NCBI GenBank assembly: GCA_965372835.1
Contig: CBDVDV010000004.1
Span: forward strand, 1-51,335
Direction: 5' to 3'
DNA: 51,335 bases
Origin: an uncultured bacterium
Lineage (GTDB): Bacteria; Planctomycetota; DG-23; CBDVDV01
The notes beneath the pieces were generated by a model. That model searched no databases and was not told where the DNA came from. It saw only the letters and a program-made list of their open reading frames with translations. Position 1 is the first letter of the stretch. Every line of letters starts with the position of its first letter. Shown here piece by piece: positions 44,995-51,335 of this stretch. The position numbers and the translations under genes were made by a program.

Positions 44995-46842
44995 ATGACA
45001 GACGCCCAGCCGGCCCTTATCCCACAACCGAAAGACCTGACCGCTCGTCGGGGCCAGTTCATTCTCCGCAGCAGGCTTGCCGTCGACATCGGTGGCGCGA
45101 GCGAAGCGGGGGATGGGCACGGGGTGCGCGTGCTCCTGAACGAGCTCTATCGGCTGCTCGGCCGTGCGACTCGTATGGGTGGTGAACGTCAGACCAGGTT
45201 CCACCGTGACTCACGGCGAAAGTCGCAGTGGCTTCGAGTCGCGCCGGAGGACGCCCGGGCGCAAGCACCCAAGCAGACAAGGCGCCTGCGAAAGGAAGGC
45301 TACGAGATCCGCGTGACGCCTCGCTCAATCGAGATCGTGGCCGGTGACTCGGCGGGGCTCCTCCACGGCGTCATGACCCTGCGCCAGTTGTCGGCGGGTG
45401 GAAAACGCATCCCCTGTGTCACCATTCGGGACTGGCCCGCGCTGGCACTGCGGGGCGTCCACTACGACCTCAAGGGGGTGATGCCCAAGTTCGATGCGCT
45501 GATGCAGTCGCTGGTGGAACTCTCCCGGCTCAAACTGAACTGCATCCTGCTCGAATACGAAGACAAGTTCCCCTGGAGCAGGGAATCGGGGTTGGCGTCA
45601 GCCCTGGCTTTGGGCGAGCGGCAGCTTCGGCGGTTCCTGGCGGAGGCCCGCGCCAGGCACATTCGCGTCATTCCCCTGGTGCAAAGCCTGGGCCACGCCG
45701 AGATGGTGCTCCGGCACAGGAAGTACGCCCGGCTCAGGGAGGTCCGCGACAACTTTTACCAGTACTGTCCCAGCAACCGGGGCTCCGTCGAACTGGTCAA
45801 GAGACTCATCGATGAGGTGGCTGAGTTCCATCCAGAGGAGCCCTTCTTCCACGTCGGCGCCGACGAGGCCTGGCTGCTGGGCACCTGCCCACGGTGTGAG
45901 CGTGCCGCCAGGAGAGTTGGCAGAAACGGGCTCTATCTCAAACACATGAAGCCGGTCTGGCAGCACGTCCTTTCGCTGGGGAAGAGGCCCATCACGTGGG
46001 ACGACATGCTTCGGCATTTCACCCTCAAGGAACTGAGGCAAGTGCCTCGAGACGTGGTGCTGATGTACTGGCTCTATAATCGGTTCGAACCCGACGTCGC
46101 CACCAACTTCCCTCACCTCCCCCGCTACCTCAAGCAGGGCTTCGACGTTCTGGGGGCCTCGGCGGCGAAGGGGGCCGACGGACGCTTCGCCAACCTTCCC
46201 AACTTCGATCGCCGACTCAGGAACGTCTTCGCCTGGGCCGGGGTCGCCCGGCGACACGGGATCGCCGGTGTCGTCTCCACGGCGTGGTCCCGCTACACGT
46301 ATCTCCTGGCCCCGTGCGAGCCCTTTGAGACCGTCTGGCTGAGTCTCGCCGGGTCTGCCGAGGCCTACTGGACCGCTCGGCCTCCCACCCCGGACGTCTT
46401 CGTCCGAAGGTTCCTTCGCCTGGAGGGAGGAGTGGCGGATGACCGACTTGCGGAACTGATTCTCCATCCGGGGCGACCTGGTTATGTCAGATTGGCAGAA
46501 GTTTTGAGGGTCCGGGCGGCCTCGGGCGATCGCCGGCGGGACTATTGGCTGCTTCTGTCGGCGCTGTGCGAACTCGAGGCCTGGATCGACCATTGCCAGG
46601 AGGTCGAAAAACAGGTCGTCCACCAACTTCCGTTGTCCGAAGCGGGTCGGCTCCCCCGAAGTTCCCGGAAGCGACTAAACGAACGCGTGAGGGGTGTGCT
46701 GGCGCGGGCTCGCGCACTTAAGCGTCGTCTCAGCAAGGAGTTACGGAAAGCCCTCCCCGGCGCTGAGGTCGAGGAGTTTCTGGCCAGTCGTTTGGACGGC
46801 TACGAAGCGGTGCTGGAGGGTCTGAGCGATGCCATCGGCTGA
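44995..46842 (+). CDS. GH20-family beta-N-acetylhexosaminidase-like glycoside hydrolase
   Basis: ALIPQPKDLTARRGQFIL (GH20 N-domain start), IRDWPALALRGVHYDL..., HVGADEAW. I use ATG 44995 with an AAAAGGAGA SD; the track start is 44671. Confidence 0.8.
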   Translation: MTDAQPALIPQPKDLTARRGQFILRSRLAVDIGGASEAGDGHGVRVLLNELYRLLGRATRMGGERQTRFHRDSRRKSQWLRVAPEDARAQAPKQTRRLRKEGYEIRVTPRSIEIVAGDSAGLLHGVMTLRQLSAGGKRIPCVTIRDWPALALRGVHYDLKGVMPKFDALMQSLVELSRLKLNCILLEYEDKFPWSRESGLASALALGERQLRRFLAEARARHIRVIPLVQSLGHAEMVLRHRKYARLREVRDNFYQYCPSNRGSVELVKRLIDEVAEFHPEEPFFHVGADEAWLLGTCPRCERAARRVGRNGLYLKHMKPVWQHVLSLGKRPITWDDMLRHFTLKELRQVPRDVVLMYWLYNRFEPDVATNFPHLPRYLKQGFDVLGASAAKGADGRFANLPNFDRRLRNVFAWAGVARRHGIAGVVSTAWSRYTYLLAPCEPFETVWLSLAGSAEAYWTARPPTPDVFVRRFLRLEGGVADDRLAELILHPGRPGYVRLAEVLRVRAASGDRRRDYWLLLSALCELEAWIDHCQEVEKQVVHQLPLSEAGRLPRSSRKRLNERVRGVLARARALKRRLSKELRKALPGAEVEEFLASRLDGYEAVLEGLSDAIG

Positions 46843-46909
46843 GACTGAAAGCGGACCGTAAAGGGGCTGGGCCGATAGAGAAAAAGACTGAGAAATCTGT
46901 GGTAATGAC

Positions 46910-46937
46910 TTGCAGGAAGTCGTAATTGGGGTATAAT
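46910..46937 (+). promoter_or_regulatory. Consensus-like sigma70 promoter (TTGCAG-16-TATAAT) driving the riboswitch-pilin transcript
   Basis: TTGCAG 46910-46915, a 16-nt spacer, TATAAT 46932-46937, preceded by the A-rich stretch 46877-46905 (UP-element-like). Confidence 0.6.
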
Positions 46938-46995
46938 ACTTATGGCGAGGGAAAGGCCGTCAGTACTGTCGAGGTGCAGGCGGCCGGGCTTCGTC

Positions 46996-47086
46996 CACGA
47001 CAAAGGCAAGCCGACCGAAAGGTCGGCTACGCAAAGCGACAGGACCTGAAGCCCGCCAGCCGGCGGGTATGGTGGCCTGGCTGCCG
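46996..47086 (+). promoter_or_regulatory. c-di-GMP-I (GEMM-I) riboswitch aptamer
   Basis: GGCAAGCC (47005-12); hairpin GACC-GAAA-GGUC (47013-24); ACGCAAAGC (47029-37); second helix CAGG.CC/GGCCUG with tetraloop-receptor-like CCUGAAG (47045-51) and UAUGG (47068-72) around the inner hairpin GCCCGCC-AGCC-GGCGGGU; 3' GCUGCC (47080-85) complementary to the 5' GGCA. Closely parallels the Vc2 aptamer as I recall it. Confidence 0.8.
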
Positions 47087-47108
47087 AAAGGATGGGGCAA
47101 TGCAGAGT

Positions 47109-47154
47109 GCCCGCAGGCTTGGTGATAGGCTGAGCATGCGGGCCTTTTCGTTTT
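47109..47154 (+). terminator. Intrinsic terminator forming the riboswitch expression platform
   Basis: GCCCGCA (47109-15) and TGCGGGC (47137-43) with an internally pairable 21-nt loop, followed by CTTTTCGTTTT (47144-54). Located 48 nt before ATG 47202. Confidence 0.6.
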
Positions 47155-47201
47155 GGGGAGCCGACCCGCCGGCGGGGCGGTCTCCCGGAGGTGCCAAAGA
47201 G

Positions 47202-47867
47202 ATGGGTGTTTTGAGCACAAGGCGGTGCCAGGCGGGCTTTACGCTGCTTGAACTGATGGTGGCCGTGGTGGTCATCGTGGTGGCCTTCTTCGGGCTGCTG
47301 CTCTCGCTTCACTACGGCAGCGTACTCAACGAGACGTCCCGGCAGTTGCGGACAGCCCATGAGTCCGCCCAACGAGCCCTGGAAGCGGTTCGGGCTTACG
47401 AGTTCGCGTTCATCTACCGGTCCTTCAACGCCGATACCAACGACGACCCGAACGGGCCGGGCATGGCCGAGAACGACCTCTCCCCCCTCAACGACGAATT
47501 CGAACGCGAGAGCGGAGGTACGCCCCTTGCGCCGCTGACGGCTTTGGGTGACGGTATAGGCAACAACTTCGTCGTGGACGGGCTGGCCCCCCGGGCCACA
47601 GACCCTGACGGTGTGGTCGGCGTCATTCTCTTCCCCGAGGCCGTGGACGCCGGTAACACCGTGCTCTCCGAGCAGGGGCAAACAACCCCCCCGTTTGATA
47701 TCTTTGGACCCCCTCGCGACCTGAACGAGAACGGGAGCGTGAACGACCTGAACGTCTCCGACGACTACAAGCGGTTGCCAGTCGCCGTGTTGGTGCAGTG
47801 GCAAGGCTCGTTTGGTGATGAGCGTGAGGTGCGAATGGACACGGTGCTTCATGCGAAGTTGCGGTAG
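47202..47867 (+). CDS. Type IV pilin-like / pseudopilin protein (prepilin-type N-terminal methylation motif)
   Basis: MGVLSTRRCQAG|FTLLELMVAVVVIVVAFFGLLL (G-1, F+1, E+5). GGAGG lies 10 nt upstream of ATG 47202. The track start 46926 would put ~100 aa in front of the cleavage motif and read through the riboswitch. Confidence 0.85.
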   Translation: MGVLSTRRCQAGFTLLELMVAVVVIVVAFFGLLLSLHYGSVLNETSRQLRTAHESAQRALEAVRAYEFAFIYRSFNADTNDDPNGPGMAENDLSPLNDEFERESGGTPLAPLTALGDGIGNNFVVDGLAPRATDPDGVVGVILFPEAVDAGNTVLSEQGQTTPPFDIFGPPRDLNENGSVNDLNVSDDYKRLPVAVLVQWQGSFGDEREVRMDTVLHAKLR

Positions 47868-47889
47868 AGCAGGGCAAGGAGGCTCTGTA

Positions 47890-48546
47890 ATGCAGTGTGG
47901 ATTGAAAGCGCCGGTGAGGGCGCCCGTCCAACGGCTCCGATGGATTTGGGGACGGGGACCTGGGTGTCGCCGACAGTCCCGGCAGTCGGGCTTCTCCCTT
48001 CTGGAGACGATGATCGCGGCGGCCATCCTGTCCATCTTGCTTATGGCGCTGATGGTCGTGCTGGTCCAGGGACAGAGCACCTTCGATACCCTGGCCACCC
48101 GGTCCAGCGCGCAGCTGCGAATCCAGATCGCCCTGGACAAGATGGTCAGGGAGATGCGCCTGGGGTCCTTGGGGAACCTCAGCAGCGGGAGCCCGCCGCA
48201 GTTCCTCATCGAGGGGCAGGCCTACGACAACGTGACCTTCATCCCGGCGGTTGGCGTGGTGGGCAGCGACGTGCAGTGGGGCAACCCGATTACGTATCGA
48301 TTCCAATATGATGCCAACGAGGAGACCACGCCTGGCGCCGATGACGATGGTGACGGTCTGACCGATGAGGGTGTCCTCATCCGGGGTCAGGGCGGCTCGG
48401 ACACTGTGATCTGCGGTCGGGTCACGGGGTTGAGTTTTACTCGTTCCAACGACCAACTAACGATCGAACTCGAGGCCTCTGCCAGAGACCACACCGGCCA
48501 TGTGCACAACTATACTGGGAAATCATCCGTCTCATTTCGTAATTGA
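47890..48546 (+). CDS. Type IV minor-pilin-like / pseudopilin protein (PilW/GspJ-like guess)
   Basis: ...RQSRQSG|FSLLETMIAAAILSILLMALMVVL. GGAGG lies 7 nt upstream of ATG 47890. Acidic DDDGDGLTDEG loop. Confidence 0.8.
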   Translation: MQCGLKAPVRAPVQRLRWIWGRGPGCRRQSRQSGFSLLETMIAAAILSILLMALMVVLVQGQSTFDTLATRSSAQLRIQIALDKMVREMRLGSLGNLSSGSPPQFLIEGQAYDNVTFIPAVGVVGSDVQWGNPITYRFQYDANEETTPGADDDGDGLTDEGVLIRGQGGSDTVICGRVTGLSFTRSNDQLTIELEASARDHTGHVHNYTGKSSVSFRN

Positions 48547-48593
48547 TGGCCGCAGGGGTTTCATAGGGTCCGAGCTGGAAGGAGGAAGGAACG

Positions 48594-50030
48594 ATGCGAC
48601 ACAAGATCGAGTCGCAGCGCGGTACGGTGTTGATGGTGGCCATGATTCTGGTGCTGCTCCTGGCGGGGCTGGCCATGGCCTACGTGGCCATCACCGGCAG
48701 GCAGGCCGCCAGCGCCTACGTCAGTTACAAGAGTGACCGGGCGCTCTACCTGGCGGAGGCGGGCCTGGCCGATGCCATGTTCGATTTTGAGAACGGGGGA
48801 ACCGGCAACCTCGACCCCCAATCAGGGATGTTCGGCGGCACCTACACCACCACCACGGTCCCGACGGGGACGGACACCCTGGTCATGACCTCCCATGGCA
48901 CATTTGCTGACACTGAGCGCACGGTGGAAATCACGGCGTACAACGGCGTCCACCCGATGTTTCGACACGCCGTGTTTGCCGGCGATTCCTCCGACGACCC
49001 CGACTACGCCCTGGGGTTCGGAGGTGTGGACGACGGCGCCAATCAGCGGTGGCAGGACGAAGTGACTGGGGACGTCTACTCCGGCGAGGATATCGTCATA
49101 GCAGACGATGCCGAAATCGACGGCCAGCTCAGGGCTGAAGGTGAGATCGTAGGAGGCACGGGAACCTACGGGGCCCTTCCCATTCCCGACATTGCCGGCA
49201 TGGATTACCCCAATAACCACGACGTCAACGTGAACCAGCAGTTCGACGATTTCGGATACTCCACCTCGGTGGACGGCTACGGAACCGGCGACGCGGTGCC
49301 CGAAGACAACTCCGCTCACATCTTCCACAAGAACCCCTCGGATCGGCAAACCGAGTGTGGCATGACCCCGGGTGACGACTTCTTCATGGAAGATGTCTAC
49401 GAGCACTGTCAATCCTACAACACCCGAATCAGCGTCGCCCCGGGGGGTAACGACCAAGTGTACTTCGTCGAGGGTGACCTCTGGATTCACAACAAGAACA
49501 CCTACGGCTTCCAACTGAAGAACCCCGACAGTCACATCACCATCGTGGTCCAGGGGAGCATCCACATCGCCGATGACTTCCACTACCACAACGACGTCAA
49601 GAGCGGCGTGGCCTTCATCGCCATCAAGGCTCCCGGCGACTCGAACGGGGAGTACAGTGGGAACATCTACGTCGGCGACCCGGTCTTCGGTACCGTGCAA
49701 GAGATCAATGCCTTCCTCTACGCCGAGAACAACTTCATCGATGAGAACCTCGACGAAGGTGGTTCCGCCGAGTTCTACATCAACGGCATGATGAGCGCCG
49801 GCAACCACATCGCCATGAACCGTGACTTCGTCGGCAGCGGCTACTGGCAGGGCGCCTACCCGCACCGTACCTGGGTGTCCACTGACGAGGAAGGGACCCA
49901 CCATTCCAAGATGGTCATCGAACTCGACGACCGGATTTTTACCGGTGAGTTGATCCTGCCTGGCCTGCCCGAGATCGACCCCGGTACCGGTGAGTGGGTG
50001 ATCGTGGCCTGGCGCGAGACGAGATCGTAG
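48594..50030 (+). CDS. PilX/GspK-like large minor pilin-like protein
   Basis: QRGTVLMVAMILVLLLAGLAMAYVAI...DRALYLAEAGLADAM resembles the PilX N-terminal domain (no E5). GGAGG SD. 478 aa with a Gly/Asp-rich repeat-like middle. Confidence 0.75.
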   Translation: MRHKIESQRGTVLMVAMILVLLLAGLAMAYVAITGRQAASAYVSYKSDRALYLAEAGLADAMFDFENGGTGNLDPQSGMFGGTYTTTTVPTGTDTLVMTSHGTFADTERTVEITAYNGVHPMFRHAVFAGDSSDDPDYALGFGGVDDGANQRWQDEVTGDVYSGEDIVIADDAEIDGQLRAEGEIVGGTGTYGALPIPDIAGMDYPNNHDVNVNQQFDDFGYSTSVDGYGTGDAVPEDNSAHIFHKNPSDRQTECGMTPGDDFFMEDVYEHCQSYNTRISVAPGGNDQVYFVEGDLWIHNKNTYGFQLKNPDSHITIVVQGSIHIADDFHYHNDVKSGVAFIAIKAPGDSNGEYSGNIYVGDPVFGTVQEINAFLYAENNFIDENLDEGGSAEFYINGMMSAGNHIAMNRDFVGSGYWQGAYPHRTWVSTDEEGTHHSKMVIELDDRIFTGELILPGLPEIDPGTGEWVIVAWRETRS

Positions 50031-50140
50031 GGGGATAAGCACTTATCGCAGGAGGCGGATGCCCGCGCGGTTGGGCATTCGCCTCTTGCGCGCCTGGTGG
50101 TGAACAAGAATCAGCGCGTCAAAGCGGGAAAGGAAGCATC

Positions 50141-51301
50141 ATGGCCAAAAGGCGTTCCCCCGTAGGTTGGCTGGTTCCGTGCGCTCTCGTGGTCGGCATC
50201 CTCTTCCTGCTCTGTCTGCTGGGCTCGGTGGCTCAGGCTGATGTCATCTACCTGAAGAACAAGAGCACTATCGAAGGGGTCATCAAGCGGGAAACGGACA
50301 CCCAGGTGGTCATCGTCACCGACGCCGGTACCCTCTACATCGACCGGGCCGACATCGAGCGCATCGAACGGAAACGCTTTGAGCCCGTTGACATCCCCAG
50401 GCCCCAGGCTCCGCCCCCGCCTCAACCCGTCGTAGAACGGGCCGAAGCCACACCCACGCCTGAGCAGCCAGGGCCCAGGCCGACAGACAAACGCGAACTT
50501 CACTTTGATGCGCTCCAGGAACTGGACCTCTCACCCGTAAACTACTGGCTGCGCGCGCTTCTCGTCACCAAGAGCGAGACCGCCACGCAGGTCAGCCGAG
50601 ACCACGTAGGGTACAACCATACCGTCCTGGCTCCGCTGCGCGACAAATCGGGTTATCGGCTGACGGTGGAATCGGTCCTGCTTCGCTACAGCCGACGGCT
50701 TGATTCCTACCTGGTTATGGAGGTCATCACCAACCGCAAGTTCGAGCCTATCAGCTACACGGCCGAGTCGCTCGGTCGCCGATGGCACATCAAGGTGACC
50801 GGAGAAAAGAAGGGCGACGGACTGGTCCTGACCACCATTACCAACGAGGGTACGAGCCTCCGCACCATCGAGTACCCGGCCGACTCCTGTATGCTGGACA
50901 GCTCCATGTACCACCTACTTGCCGGGGGAGCCCTCTCTGCGGACAGCAAACGCCAGTACAAGTTCTTCGACCTTATCAGCGGCCTCAAGGGGGTCGAGCA
51001 GGTGGAGGTGGTGCGAGCCGAATCCGTTCGGGCGCTCGACCGCACCTTCGACACCTGGGTGGTCAAGAGCAGGACCCTGATGCCCGAGAGTCCGCCCATT
51101 GAGGTCCACCGTTGGATAAGCCAACCGACCGAGAGCCGACCCGCCGGCCGACTCTTGAAGGTGGAGGTCGGTGAAGGCGCCATCGTCTACCAGGCGACCA
51201 CTGAAGCCCAGGCTACCGCGGGCGTCAAAGAACTGGTCGACGCTTTGGGCCTCAGCAACCAACTCTTCGGCTCGGGCGGACCCGCAGGAGCCGGGGACTA
51301 A
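50141..51301 (+). CDS. Signal-anchored hypothetical protein with Pro-rich linker
   Basis: MAKRRSPVGWLVPCALVVGILFLLCLLGSVAQA; small beta-rich module DVIYLKNKSTIEGVIKRETDTQVVIVTDAGTLYIDRADIERIE; PRPQAPPPPQP linker; ~270-aa unrecognised C-terminal domain. Same strand as the pilin-like genes and 110 nt after them. Confidence 0.7.
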   Translation: MAKRRSPVGWLVPCALVVGILFLLCLLGSVAQADVIYLKNKSTIEGVIKRETDTQVVIVTDAGTLYIDRADIERIERKRFEPVDIPRPQAPPPPQPVVERAEATPTPEQPGPRPTDKRELHFDALQELDLSPVNYWLRALLVTKSETATQVSRDHVGYNHTVLAPLRDKSGYRLTVESVLLRYSRRLDSYLVMEVITNRKFEPISYTAESLGRRWHIKVTGEKKGDGLVLTTITNEGTSLRTIEYPADSCMLDSSMYHLLAGGALSADSKRQYKFFDLISGLKGVEQVEVVRAESVRALDRTFDTWVVKSRTLMPESPPIEVHRWISQPTESRPAGRLLKVEVGEGAIVYQATTEAQATAGVKELVDALGLSNQLFGSGGPAGAGD

Positions 51302-51335
51302 CACGCTGCCCCGCAAGCATCTCACCTGCTCCGGT

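Noticed and set aside
46926-47201. Upstream part of track ORF 46926..47867 (a 92-aa extension of the first pilin-like gene)
   Set aside because: It would place ~100 residues before the G|FTLLE cleavage site, whereas prepilin leaders are short. It would also translate through the riboswitch and terminator. ATG 47202 has a GGAGG SD.
46800-48209. 469-aa minus-strand ORF spanning the riboswitch region and two pilin-like genes
   Set aside because: No recognisable features. It is antisense to genes with clear prepilin motifs and SDs, and it crosses a promoter, aptamer and terminator that make sense on the + strand.
1-51335. CRISPR arrays, transposases/IS elements, prophage or known defence-system genes
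   Set aside because: I saw no regularly spaced repeats, no DDE/serine/tyrosine recombinase-like ORFs and no hallmark defence domains on either strand. The window reads as conserved chromosomal backbone.

Overview
Visibly GC-rich, densely coding bacterial chromosomal segment: about 48 protein genes and one tRNA. I found no transposase, integrase, CRISPR array or recognisable defence island. The gene content (many prepilin-type N termini, DUF4388, a CRTAC1-like FG-GAP protein, a HYExAFE-like protein, LolA-like lipoproteins, a V/A-type ATPase) suggests a PVC/Planctomycetota-like or similarly deep-branching lineage, but that is inference only. Left to right: a partial membrane+TPR protein missing from the ORF track (1-2072, minus); TIGR04076, DUF445 and aroA; a translationally coupled marR-tolC pair; tRNA-Pro(CGG); a B12-binding radical SAM gene; a PtsN-like EIIA directly ahead of a complete nine-gene V/A-type ATPase operon (G/H-like, C, I, K, F, E, A, B, D) followed by a universal stress protein; an aminotransferase-IV / SPASM radical SAM / Gfo-Idh-MocA cassette; a long minus-strand run (M16 peptidase, cyclodeaminase-like, Zn-ribbon unknown, sugar-phosphate isomerase, FAH, lipoprotein); M20 peptidases, a response regulator, DUF4388 and an ADP-ribosylglycohydrolase; polX coupled to a metallophosphoesterase; CRTAC1-like; an orphan nfeD flanked by a repeated palindrome; a PD-(D/E)xK-like protein; ykgJ-spoIIE; GH20. 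The best unannotated signal is at 46.9-47.2 kb: a consensus-like promoter, a c-di-GMP-I (GEMM-I) riboswitch aptamer and an intrinsic terminator, sitting in front of an operon of three pilin-like genes plus an unknown anchored protein that runs to the window edge. I cannot demonstrate a clearly novel multi-gene system from sequence alone. The riboswitch-gated pilin-like module is my best candidate, and the other findings are lower-value oddities. Most long ORFs in the track that lie opposite recognisable genes are high-GC antisense shadows. Several track ORFs also carry false N-terminal extensions, which I trimmed using SD and start-codon context.
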